Below are positions 9,313 through 18,287 of a DNA stretch of 64,000 nucleotides, piece after piece. Within the stretch, counting starts at the first letter, position 1. Every line of letters begins with the position of its first letter. The notes under the pieces are model-generated. The model was not told where the DNA came from. It did no database searches and saw nothing but the letters and a program-made list of their open reading frames with translations. The DNA is taken from IMG/VR virus record IMGVR_UViG_3300036884_000676, one strand, 5' to 3'. Position numbers and translations under genes: made by a program. Source of the DNA: a virus (taxonomy: Duplodnaviria > Heunggongvirae > Uroviricota > Caudoviricetes).

Positions 9313-10407
9313 ATGGGAAAAAGTTTAACCCAAGAAGAATTTATTGAAAGATGTAAATTGGCTCACGGTGATAAATATGATTATTCTAAAACTGTTTATA
9401 AAAATAGTTATTCTAAAGTTAAAATAATTTGTAAGAAACATGGAGAGTTCGAACAATTATCATCAGGACATATAGAAGGTCGTGGATGTTCTAAATGTTC
9501 AAATAATAAAAAACTAACAATCGAAGAATTTATTGAAAGATCCATTAAAGTTCATGGAGATATTTATGATTATTCAAAAGTGAATTATATCAATTTGGAT
9601 ACAAAGGTAAATATATTATGCAAAGAACATGGAGAATTTAAACAAATACCAGAACATCATATGAAAGGTCATGGATGTCCGTTTTGTAGTAAAATGGGTA
9701 GAAAAACCACCGAACAATATATAGAAATTGCTAAAAAAGTACATAATAATTTTTATGATTATTCTCAAACGATTTTTATCAATAACAAAAAAAAGGTAAA
9801 AATAATTTGTCCGAAACACGGAGAATTTTTACAAGATCCCAAACATCATTTAAGTGGTTCTGGATGTCCATTTTGTAATATTGTAACAACTGATGATTTT
9901 ATCAAAAAATCAAAAGATATTCACGGTAATCTTTATGATTATTCAAAAGTAAATTATATTAGAGCAAACGAGAAGGTAATTATAATATGCCTTAAACATG
10001 GTGATTTTAAGCAAGTACCAAATAATCACATACAAGGCCGTGGATGTCCAAAATGTAAATTGAGTAACGGTGAAAAAACTATAAATAAATTTTTGTCAGA
10101 TAATGATATTAAATTTGAAATACAGAAAAAATTTAATAAATGTATATTTCAAAAATATTTAAAATTTGATTTTTTCCTATTTGACTATAATATTTGTATT
10201 GAATATGATGGGGAACAACATTTTACACCAATAGATCATTTCGGTGGGAAAGATAGATTTGAAATAACAAAGATAACTGACCAAATAAAAACAACATTTT
10301 GTGAAAAAAATGGTATATTCTTATTGAGAATAAATTATAAAGAAAATATAGAAGAAAGATTACAATGGCTGATGAATTATTTGAAAACACCAATAAAAAA
10401 GAATTAG
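9313..10407 (+). CDS. repeat-containing PD-(D/E)xK (Vsr/DUF559-like) nuclease, homing-endonuclease-like
   Basis: Five tandem repeats of about 48 aa (YDYSK.NY...KV.IIC.KHGEF.Q.P..H..G.GCP.C) and a C-terminal FDFFLFDYNICIEYDGEQHF motif. The C-terminal motif resembles the restriction-endonuclease-like fold of Vsr/DUF559 family nucleases. Confidence 0.5.
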   Translation: MGKSLTQEEFIERCKLAHGDKYDYSKTVYKNSYSKVKIICKKHGEFEQLSSGHIEGRGCSKCSNNKKLTIEEFIERSIKVHGDIYDYSKVNYINLDTKVNILCKEHGEFKQIPEHHMKGHGCPFCSKMGRKTTEQYIEIAKKVHNNFYDYSQTIFINNKKKVKIICPKHGEFLQDPKHHLSGSGCPFCNIVTTDDFIKKSKDIHGNLYDYSKVNYIRANEKVIIICLKHGDFKQVPNNHIQGRGCPKCKLSNGEKTINKFLSDNDIKFEIQKKFNKCIFQKYLKFDFFLFDYNICIEYDGEQHFTPIDHFGGKDRFEITKITDQIKTTFCEKNGIFLLRINYKENIEERLQWLMNYLKTPIKKN

Positions 10408-11582
10408 ACATTAACTACATTGTAAATATTGTTCAAAGTGTCTTAGATAAAGTTCATTCTAATTCTCAAAAAAAAATGTTAAAAATAAGACCCAATGAAC
10501 AAACGCCCAAGGAAATTTCAATGGCCTGTGCAGTATGTGGAGATAGTCATGATAAAATGAATGCCAAGCGTTCACATTTATATTTAAAAAATATGTATGT
10601 GAAGTGCTATAATGAACAATCGTGTAGTATGTTTTTTACTAAATGGTGTGATCATTTTGGTATTAAATTAGATCCAGAAAAAAAACTTCAAATTTATGAT
10701 TACATAAGTCAAAATATTTCCTTTACTTCGAAAGAAGATTTCGCTGTTGAAAACTTAGACAGATTATTAGATGCTAAAGAATACATGGATTTTTTAAATT
10801 CTCGTAAGGGGTGTTTTCTTACTAATATATCACCAATAAAAAAAGGTTCATTTGCTTTTGATTATTTGAAAAAAAGAAAAATTCAGAATTATAGTAATAT
10901 TCTTCAAGGAATCTACCACATTACTAATCGATGGGCTGAGTCTGTCATTATTATATTAAACCGAAGAGGAAACAAGTTACTTGGTTTTCAATTAAGAAAT
11001 TTGAAAGACGATAAAACTAAAAGAATTTATAAGGAATATGAGTTTGAATATTTGTATAACTATAAGAACACGACTGATTCCTTGGATGAACTGGAATCAA
11101 TATCATATAATAAACTATCCCATTTATTCAATATATTGAATGTTGATTTTAATCAACCAATAAACGCCTTCGAGGGTTATTTGGATAGTGTTTTTTTTCC
11201 TAATTCTATATCGTTAATTGGATTGGATACAAATATAGATCTTATTCAGAATGACAATCTGGAACTTCGATTTGTTTTTGATAATGATGAACCGGGATTA
11301 CGAAAAGCTAAGAAAATGTTAGAACAGGGAAAATCCGTCTTTCTGTGGCGAAAACTTATTGATGATTTAGCTAAGGGGGATTATGTTTATCTCAATACCC
11401 TCAATAACATAAAAGATATGAATCAATTAGTTATTTTACTGAATAATCCAAATATTTATTTTGATTTGAATCTGGAAAATTATTTTTCAAGAGATAGATT
11501 TGATATGATTTATTTGGAAGATATTACTAAGAAAAAAACAAAAAAGACTGATCCGTCTCAATGGGATAATATCATTTTGTAA
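10365..11582 (+). CDS. DNA primase (T4 gp61-like)
   Basis: Zinc ribbon CAVCGDSHDKMNAKRSHLYL...VKCYNEQSC, compared with T4 gp61 CPVCGDSKTDQNKARGWYY...IHCYNC. TOPRIM-like motif FVFDNDEPG, compared with T4 VLDNEPRHP. The true start may be the internal Met at 10476, because 10365..10407 overlaps the upstream gene. Confidence 0.8.
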   Translation: MADELFENTNKKELDINYIVNIVQSVLDKVHSNSQKKMLKIRPNEQTPKEISMACAVCGDSHDKMNAKRSHLYLKNMYVKCYNEQSCSMFFTKWCDHFGIKLDPEKKLQIYDYISQNISFTSKEDFAVENLDRLLDAKEYMDFLNSRKGCFLTNISPIKKGSFAFDYLKKRKIQNYSNILQGIYHITNRWAESVIIILNRRGNKLLGFQLRNLKDDKTKRIYKEYEFEYLYNYKNTTDSLDELESISYNKLSHLFNILNVDFNQPINAFEGYLDSVFFPNSISLIGLDTNIDLIQNDNLELRFVFDNDEPGLRKAKKMLEQGKSVFLWRKLIDDLAKGDYVYLNTLNNIKDMNQLVILLNNPNIYFDLNLENYFSRDRFDMIYLEDITKKKTKKTDPSQWDNIIL

Positions 11583-11630
11583 ACTTCTATCCTATTAAAA
11601 TGTATAAAGTAAAAAATATTTCAGAATATA

Positions 11631-12410
11631 ATGGCTAAAAGTGAGAATATTAAATTTGAAATTTCACAATCAAATTTAAAGAAATTATTAGATAAGATAA
11701 AGGATTTGGCTAAGATTCATGAGAAGAAAATTGTCGTAATGAAATTCGAAAAAGACAGTTTAATACTCTTTTCATTTGTCGGAAAAACTTTCAAAAATAT
11801 TTATGCCTTTAAAAATTATATTTTCAAATATGATGAAATTTTTAGTTTTATTACAGATATACCAGAACCAGTTTCATATATAGCAAAGAATGGTATAAAG
11901 CTTTATCATACCATAAATCAGTTTTTAGAATATGATTCGGTAAGTTGTGAAATATCTGTAAGTAATACAGCTCCCGGATTTGCTGATTCGTGGAGAATCC
12001 ATCATGAAGATATTTTCGATACAACATTGATAGCTGGAGATAATCTAATTGTCGGGAAAGACATTAATATGGATGATATTAATCGTCTAATGGACACATC
12101 AACTGCTTTATTTAATTTTAATCTATCCAATGCTAATTATGAAAAGATAAAGAAAATGTCAACGATTGATGTAAAGGAAAATGACATTCTTACAATCACT
12201 GTTGAGAAGAATAAATTATATATGGGTGAAAAATGGAGATTGAAGATTTCTGATAATATAGAACAACCTGATTATACATATACATTTCCAAAAAGATACT
12301 TTAATACCATCTCGACCACAACCGATATTGAGATTTTTGTTTTTGAACAGTATATTCTTACTAAATATGATGATTATAACCTCATGATAGTGTTAGAAAC
12401 CTCAGTATAA
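11631..12410 (+). CDS. hypothetical protein
   Basis: 259-aa ORF downstream of the primase. It shows weak, unverified resemblance to the gp45 sliding-clamp C-terminus. Confidence 0.4.
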   Translation: MAKSENIKFEISQSNLKKLLDKIKDLAKIHEKKIVVMKFEKDSLILFSFVGKTFKNIYAFKNYIFKYDEIFSFITDIPEPVSYIAKNGIKLYHTINQFLEYDSVSCEISVSNTAPGFADSWRIHHEDIFDTTLIAGDNLIVGKDINMDDINRLMDTSTALFNFNLSNANYEKIKKMSTIDVKENDILTITVEKNKLYMGEKWRLKISDNIEQPDYTYTFPKRYFNTISTTTDIEIFVFEQYILTKYDDYNLMIVLETSV

Positions 12411-12464
12411 ATTTTTTTATTCCATAAATTCTTCGTACCTTTGTACTATCAATGTTAATAGTAC

Positions 12465-12902
12465 ATGCAGATGTATAATCTTTTTCTCGATGATGATAGG
12501 TTTCCGTTTAATGGGGGTACAGATGTTCCCGTTGATTTCGAATTAGACAGTGCTTATGATTTGACAAGAGATAAAAGATATAAAGATCTTGATTGGGTAA
12601 TCGTCAGAAGTTTTCCACAGTTTGTTGAGATGATAGAAAAAAGAGGATTACCAGAAATGATTTCTTTTGATCACGATCTTAAAGATGAACATTATTATCA
12701 TTACAGAACATTCACAATATTTACTGGTTGGATTGATTATACCGTAGTAGAGGGAACAGGACATGAATGTGCAAAATGGTTAATTAATTATTTACTTAAT
12801 AACGATTTGGATTGTCCTACAATTCTTATACATACACAAAACACCACAGGTGCAAAAAATATCTGGAAACTATTTGAAAACTTTAATGAAAACAGGAAAT
12901 GA
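12465..12902 (+). CDS. hypothetical protein
   Basis: 145-aa ORF. Conserved-looking motifs are LFLDDDR, ISFDHDL and TGHECAKWL. No family assigned. Confidence 0.4.
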   Translation: MQMYNLFLDDDRFPFNGGTDVPVDFELDSAYDLTRDKRYKDLDWVIVRSFPQFVEMIEKRGLPEMISFDHDLKDEHYYHYRTFTIFTGWIDYTVVEGTGHECAKWLINYLLNNDLDCPTILIHTQNTTGAKNIWKLFENFNENRK

Positions 12903-14392
12903 AAACGACAAATATTTTCGAAGTTGATGTTGACGGTTTACGCCAACTTCAAGAAGGTAAACCGAAATGGTTTATCATTCGTGAACTTCTTCAAAACGCA
13001 ATCGATGAAAACATTACAACCTGTGATATTCATCTGGATTGGCAACGAGGAAAGGCCTTTATTCAGGTCAATGATGATTCACCTACTGGATTTCGTGATT
13101 TATCCGATGCTTATACTCTTTTCAAAGACACATATAAAAGAAGTGATGTCAAGAAAAGAGGAAGATTCAATTTCGGTGAAAAACAGGTATTGTGTCTTTG
13201 TGATTCCGCCACCATTTTAACTACTACGGGTTGTGTTGAGTTCGATATTAAAAAGGGTGTTAAGACCCTTACTAAAAACAAGACACCAAAGGGTAGTATG
13301 GTTTTTGTAACCGTAAAAATGACACACGAAGAATTCGTTGAATGTTGTAAATACTGTGATAGTATCCTTGTTCCTGATAATATTAAAGTTGATATCATTG
13401 TCGGAAATATGGGGGCTGGTATTGAAAAAGTAGATGGTCATGATTGGATGGGAACAGTCGCGAAGGGTACATGGAAAACCTTGTCTTATCAGAAACCTCA
13501 TAAAATCTTCACCACTAAACTCCCAACTGAATTGAAAGAGGGTGATAGAATGAGGAATGTTACAAGGGAAACCGCTGTTCATATTCATAATAAGAACGGT
13601 TCAGCTTATATTTATGAAATGGGTATTCCTATCTGTGAAATCGAATGTGATTATTCAATTGATATTCAACAGAAAGTTCCCCTTTCTAATGATAGGGATA
13701 AAGTGGATGGTAAGTACCTGAAAGTTCTTTATGGTGAAATCCTAAATCATACTCATGAAGAAATTACCGAAGAACAAAGTAGTCGTATCTGGGTAAGAAC
13801 TGGAACTACATCTGATAGAGTAACAAAAGAAACCGTTCAGGATGTTATTACTAAACGATTCGGAGAAAATGCTCTTATCGCTAATCCATTAGATCCAAGA
13901 AGTATGGACGAAGCCATTAGTAACGGACACAATGTTATTTATGGTAGGGAAATGGATAAGGATGAATGGACAAAAGTAAAAGGTTTCGATCTCCTTGAAA
14001 CAACTTCTCAGAAATATAAAGTAGGTATCACCGAAAGTAAAAAGGTAAATCCCTCAGACGATCAGAAAAAAATAGCTGAATTCGCTAAGAAAATATCTAA
14101 AGAATTCTTACACTTTGATCTGAGTGTTGAGTTCATATCATCATCTGATGCTTCAACAGTGGCTGATTTCGGTGGTAATAACCTACGATTTAATGTTCCA
14201 AAGATAACCAAGTCAATGTGGACACCATCAGAAGATGGTTATATCAAACAAACCATGTTAGACCTTCTCATTCATGAAATAGGACATAAGGCTGGATGGC
14301 ATTATGAACACGCTTACCATGAATGTATTACAAAACTTGGTAGTCAGTTAACAATTAAGGCATTAACTGAACCAAATTGGTTCATTTTATAA
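12899..14392 (+). CDS. GHKL/sacsin-like (HATPase_c_3) ATPase domain fused to a C-terminal HExxH metallopeptidase-like module
   Basis: N-box IIRELLQNAIDE, G1-like NDDSPTGF and G2-like RGRFNFGEK. The C-terminus carries HEIGHKAGWHYEHAYHE. Confidence 0.5.
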   Translation: MKTTNIFEVDVDGLRQLQEGKPKWFIIRELLQNAIDENITTCDIHLDWQRGKAFIQVNDDSPTGFRDLSDAYTLFKDTYKRSDVKKRGRFNFGEKQVLCLCDSATILTTTGCVEFDIKKGVKTLTKNKTPKGSMVFVTVKMTHEEFVECCKYCDSILVPDNIKVDIIVGNMGAGIEKVDGHDWMGTVAKGTWKTLSYQKPHKIFTTKLPTELKEGDRMRNVTRETAVHIHNKNGSAYIYEMGIPICEIECDYSIDIQQKVPLSNDRDKVDGKYLKVLYGEILNHTHEEITEEQSSRIWVRTGTTSDRVTKETVQDVITKRFGENALIANPLDPRSMDEAISNGHNVIYGREMDKDEWTKVKGFDLLETTSQKYKVGITESKKVNPSDDQKKIAEFAKKISKEFLHFDLSVEFISSSDASTVADFGGNNLRFNVPKITKSMWTPSEDGYIKQTMLDLLIHEIGHKAGWHYEHAYHECITKLGSQLTIKALTEPNWFIL

Positions 14393-14399
14393 AACACAT

Positions 14400-14648
14400 A
14401 TGTACAAAAGAGAATCATTAAAAACCAGATGTAAAAGGTGGGTTGGATCAATGACAAGATCCGACAGACCAACATGGGTGGAATTATTAAGTGCAGATTT
14501 CTCTTGGTTTCCACCTTTGGTTTCTTCGAGAACTGGAAAGAAATATGAAGAATGGAAAGAGTGTGTTGAAGATGCTACTGATGATGAATTGGAAAAATTA
14601 TGGCATGAAATTGAGGAATACAGAATGAGAAAATTATATGAACATTAA
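14400..14648 (+). CDS. hypothetical protein
   Basis: 82-aa ORF. Confidence 0.3.
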   Translation: MYKRESLKTRCKRWVGSMTRSDRPTWVELLSADFSWFPPLVSSRTGKKYEEWKECVEDATDDELEKLWHEIEEYRMRKLYEH

Positions 14649-14710
14649 GATTATATTTTTTTTATTGAGATTTTTTACTTATTATTGTAATAATTATAAA
14701 TGAAATATTT

Positions 14711-14926
14711 ATGTTAACTGAAGTGATCGAGGCACAAACCTACCTCAAGAAAAAATTCAATGGTAATGATGTCCCAGCTGGAACTTATGCCATTCCAACA
14801 GAAACAAGTAAAGGTAAGGCTTTCATGAAAGTTACAGTAAATCCAGAAGGATATTTGGGTGGATTTGATTTATTTTGGGATGAAGAGTTCACTCAATCTT
14901 GGTATGAAAAGAAAAATAAAAAATAA
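14711..14926 (+). CDS. hypothetical protein
   Basis: 71-aa ORF. TATAAAT lies at 14695..14701, just upstream. Confidence 0.3.
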   Translation: MLTEVIEAQTYLKKKFNGNDVPAGTYAIPTETSKGKAFMKVTVNPEGYLGGFDLFWDEEFTQSWYEKKNKK

Positions 14927-14938
14927 AAATAAATTCAA

Positions 14939-15409
14939 ATGGTAGGAACAATATTAATTATTATCGGTATCATTGTAGTACTTATTGTACTTGGTTGTAT
15001 TTGGGTTTCGAGAATACGAAAGAGAGAATCGGCTAAACCGTTCCCTGAACATCCACCTATACCTTTCTATACAGATCCTTACGCTACTAAAAAATTTCCC
15101 AGCCACACAAACCCACTTCCACCTCCTCCCCAAATAAATCCACTTTCACCCCCACAAGAGGATGATGGATTCACTACTTCTATGGCAATAGGTGCACTTA
15201 CAGATAATGCTTTATTGGGGACAGCCTTGGGTGGTAATATGGCCGGTGCCATGATTGGTCAGGAATTACATGATATAATGGATACTCCACCATCACCACA
15301 AGATGAACAACCCTCAGACATATCTCCTGATACACCCGATACACCCGATACACCCGATACTCCCGATACCGATTTCAATTCGGATTCGACATCAGTTTCA
15401 GATTTTTAA
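14939..15409 (+). CDS. membrane protein with Pro-rich region and DTP repeats
   Basis: N-terminal TM helix (VGTILIIIGIIVVLIVLGCIWV). Pro-rich middle. (DTP)x4 encoded by a 9-nt tandem repeat at 15329..15370. Confidence 0.45.
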   Translation: MVGTILIIIGIIVVLIVLGCIWVSRIRKRESAKPFPEHPPIPFYTDPYATKKFPSHTNPLPPPPQINPLSPPQEDDGFTTSMAIGALTDNALLGTALGGNMAGAMIGQELHDIMDTPPSPQDEQPSDISPDTPDTPDTPDTPDTDFNSDSTSVSDF

Positions 15410-15442
15410 AAATAAAAATTAATTTAACAAAAATAAATTATT

Positions 15443-15658
15443 ATGACAACAAAAACTAAAATTATCATTTGGGCGATAGTACTATTCGTATTATTCGTGA
15501 TTGGTTTCTTCTGGTTATTGAGCCACGCCTTCGTCATCATGACATTCGGAACTATTTTTAAAATTGCCGGAGCCTTTATCCTTGCAGTATTTATTTCTTA
15601 CTGGATTGGTTATGGGGTTTGTCATCATAAAATAACTACGAAAAATGAAAAAGGATAA
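15443..15658 (+). CDS. small membrane protein (2 TM)
   Basis: Two hydrophobic helices. Confidence 0.4.
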   Translation: MTTKTKIIIWAIVLFVLFVIGFFWLLSHAFVIMTFGTIFKIAGAFILAVFISYWIGYGVCHHKITTKNEKG

Positions 15659-16073
15659 AATTAAAGAATGTATTGGAGAATGTAAATTCAATTTATATGT
15701 GAGTTTATTTCTATTCTTCGGATTCTGGTTCATTTTCATGTTTTTCTTGGCCTTCGTAATTAGTTGGTGGTCTATTCCAATTGGGATTTTTATGGGATTA
15801 CTTGTCACAATTACAAGAGGTGGGGATGCTTATTTTACTTATCAGGATTCAACAACAAATGTAAATGTGGGTCAAATGACCAGTTCATCTTCCAAGTTGA
15901 GTTATATCAATTTAAAAATAGTTGGGGATAGTGATGAATTTGGTAAAATGATTTGTAAGGTTGAAAGTATTGATGGTAAATATATTGATGGTGTTACACT
16001 GAAATTACCTAAATCTGAAATTTTCGTGAAGAAAAGATACTTTTGGAAACAAACTTTTAAAGCTATCGGGTAA
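15645..16073 (+). CDS. membrane protein
   Basis: Two or three hydrophobic segments in the N-terminal half. Confidence 0.4.
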   Translation: MKKDKIKECIGECKFNLYVSLFLFFGFWFIFMFFLAFVISWWSIPIGIFMGLLVTITRGGDAYFTYQDSTTNVNVGQMTSSSSKLSYINLKIVGDSDEFGKMICKVESIDGKYIDGVTLKLPKSEIFVKKRYFWKQTFKAIG

Positions 16074-16264
16074 TGAAAATGAAAATACCAGTAGCAATAA
16101 TAGTTTTTGTTACGATGTTATTCGAATTTTTAATGAGTATTTGTTTGTTCATTGTACAGGATTACATTATGTCCATAGTTTTATTCACTATATCTGGAAT
16201 ATTATTTTGGATATTAATAATTTTAATTAAAAAACTAATAAATGAATCTCGAAGAGAAGATTAA
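16073..16264 (+). CDS. small membrane protein
   Basis: 63 aa, two hydrophobic helices. ATGA overlap with the upstream gene. Confidence 0.35.
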   Translation: MKMKIPVAIIVFVTMLFEFLMSICLFIVQDYIMSIVLFTISGILFWILIILIKKLINESRRED

Positions 16265-16688
16265 TTCCGATATCAAAGAATCAATTTTAAGACAAGAAAA
16301 CGAAAAATTAGAGGCTCTTAGATTGATTAAATCTACTATTCAGGTTGAAAAAGCCAAAGATGGTAAAGAACTATTGACTGATGAACAAGTAATGAAAGTT
16401 ATTCAGAAAATGGTTAGTCAGAGTACAGAATCCGCTACTCAATATGCTCAAGGGGGTAGAGTGGATTTGGTTGATCATGAAATGCTTCTTATTACAGTCT
16501 ATAAAACATATCTTCCAGAACAATTATCAGTTGAAGAAATCACTGAAAAAGTGAAAGAAATCATAACTGAAACTGGAGCCACTTCAATTCGTGATATGGG
16601 TAAGGTGATGGGTGTGGCCACCAAATTCTTTTCTGGTCGTGCAGATAATAAAACTATTGGTTCAATCGTAAAAACTATACTATCATAA
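16242..16688 (+). CDS. YqeY/GatB-like domain protein
   Basis: Close match to the GatB_Yqey domain pattern: LRLIKSTIQ...LTDEQVMKVIQKMV...YKTYLPEQLSVEEITEKVKEIITETGATSIRDMGKVMGVATKFFSGRADNKTIGSIVKTIL. Confidence 0.8.
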   Translation: MNLEEKINSDIKESILRQENEKLEALRLIKSTIQVEKAKDGKELLTDEQVMKVIQKMVSQSTESATQYAQGGRVDLVDHEMLLITVYKTYLPEQLSVEEITEKVKEIITETGATSIRDMGKVMGVATKFFSGRADNKTIGSIVKTILS

Positions 16689-16902
16689 CATTTTAAAAAA
16701 TAAAAAATAATCTTATGGAAGATACTTTCAAGTTTCAGATAATGTTGGAGGCAGGAACACATATAAAATATGTAAAACTTACCGATATCGTAAAACATTT
16801 AGATGCTCAAATTAAAGCAATAGATTCAGATGATATAAAAGAAGTGCTCGAGCATATAAGAAGTGAATATATCAAATTATTATAAACTCCATTTAAACTT
16901 TT

Positions 16903-17196
16903 TTGTTCATGAAAATCTGGAAATATAAATTAACCAAAAATCCGAATGATTATGAAGGTGATGGATTCACCATTCAGGAAGAAAATCATGGTAAGAAACC
17001 CAACAAAAAGACTTACAGCATTTGGCACGATCCATTTGAAGGGGGTCAGGCTTATGATTCTGATTGGACTATTGTAAACGAAGAAACATTCCCAAATTTA
17101 AATCTCCCAGATTTAGGTGAATGGAAATCATTCGATGAAGCATACAAATGGATTGTTGATAATTTCGGTGAAATAACAGAAATCGAAATTGATTGA
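16903..17196 (+). CDS. hypothetical protein
   Basis: 97-aa ORF. Confidence 0.35.
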   Translation: MFMKIWKYKLTKNPNDYEGDGFTIQEENHGKKPNKKTYSIWHDPFEGGQAYDSDWTIVNEETFPNLNLPDLGEWKSFDEAYKWIVDNFGEITEIEID

Positions 17197-17227
17197 TTTT
17201 GTTAGAATAAATTAAAGTTGATTGATT

Positions 17228-17398
17228 ATGAGTAAAGAAGATTTATTAAAAATATGGCAACAAAGGGCAAAAGAATTACACGAAATTGCTGATAATGAGA
17301 GGATAAATTTTCCAGATAGAATTGAAGCCGGTGCAAAAGCAAATCAATTATTACAATGTATGCTCGATATAAAACAATTTTTAGAGGAAAAAATATGA
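17228..17398 (+). CDS. small hypothetical protein (56 aa, not in the ORF track)
   Basis: Manual translation: MSKEDLLKIWQQRAKELHEIADNERINFPDRIEAGAKANQLLQCMLDIKQFLEEKI. Its stop overlaps the PPK2 ATG in an ATGA junction. Confidence 0.3.
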   Translation: MSKEDLLKIWQQRAKELHEIADNERINFPDRIEAGAKANQLLQCMLDIKQFLEEKI

Positions 17399-18237
17399 AT
17401 ATAAAACAATTTGAAATAAACGGTAAGGGAAAAGTTGATATTAATTTAAATGATATTGATTTGAATGATGTCGATTCCGATATTACCGAACAAATAGAGG
17501 GGAACATAAAAAGCCTCATTGATTTACAGGATAAGTTATATGCTGATGGTAAATATTCAATACTATTAATTATTCAAGCGCTTGATACGGCTGGTAAAGA
17601 CGGAATCGTTAAGCATGTAATGTCGGGTCTTAATCCCCAAGCAACTCAGGTTTATAGTTTTAAACAACCCACTTCAGAGGAATTGAATCATGATTTCTTA
17701 TGGAAAGCTCACAAAAGTTTACCAGAGAGAGGACACATTGGTATCTTTAATCGTTCCTATTATGAAGAAGTTCTCGTAGTTAAGGTTCATGATCTGATAA
17801 AATTTCAGAGAATTCCAACCGTTTTGATTCATAAGGATATCTTTGAAGAAAGATATGAACAGATAAGAAATTTTGAAAAGATGCTTCATAAAAATGGAAC
17901 AGTCGTTATAAAAATATTCTTGAACATATCCAAAAAAGAACAAAAAGAAAGATTACTGGAGAGGATTGATGATAAATCTAAGAATTGGAAATTTTCGGAA
18001 TCTGACTTAAAAGAGCGTCAGTTCTGGGGTGATTATATGAAATGTTATGAAGATCTGATTAATGAAACATCCACCGATGATTGTCCTTGGTATGTTGTTC
18101 CGGCCAATCATAAAAAAACATCACGACTTATTGTTTCGAAAATTTTGGTTGAGAGAATGAAAAAATTAAATCTGGAATATCCTCAATTAACAAAAGAGCA
18201 AGAACAGAATTTATTGAAATGTAAGGAACAATTATAA
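17395..18237 (+). CDS. ppk2: polyphosphate kinase 2 (PPK2)
   Basis: PPK2 Walker A-like motif ALDTAGKDG and a conserved core (SFKQPTSEELNHDFLWKAHKSLPERGHIGIFNRSYYEEVLVVKVH). The probable start is the ATG at 17395 (MNIKQFE) rather than the track start at 17356. Confidence 0.85.
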   Translation: MNIKQFEINGKGKVDINLNDIDLNDVDSDITEQIEGNIKSLIDLQDKLYADGKYSILLIIQALDTAGKDGIVKHVMSGLNPQATQVYSFKQPTSEELNHDFLWKAHKSLPERGHIGIFNRSYYEEVLVVKVHDLIKFQRIPTVLIHKDIFEERYEQIRNFEKMLHKNGTVVIKIFLNISKKEQKERLLERIDDKSKNWKFSESDLKERQFWGDYMKCYEDLINETSTDDCPWYVVPANHKKTSRLIVSKILVERMKKLNLEYPQLTKEQEQNLLKCKEQL

Positions 18238-18240
18238 AAG

Positions 18241-18272
18241 AAAAAGGGGTGTCAACGACATCCCTTTTCTTT
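18241..18272. terminator. bidirectional rho-independent terminator
   Basis: An 8-bp stem (GGGGTGTC / GACATCCC, with one G.T wobble) and a 3-nt loop. Flanked by an A-tract upstream and TTTTCTTT downstream. It lies between convergent genes. Confidence 0.6.
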
Positions 18273-18287
18273 AAAGTTTATTGAGAA

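Noticed and set aside
11631-12410. gp45-like sliding clamp downstream of the primase
   Set aside because: Only a weak C-terminal resemblance (IVLET versus VALEAD) and similar length. Cannot be supported without profile or structure comparison.
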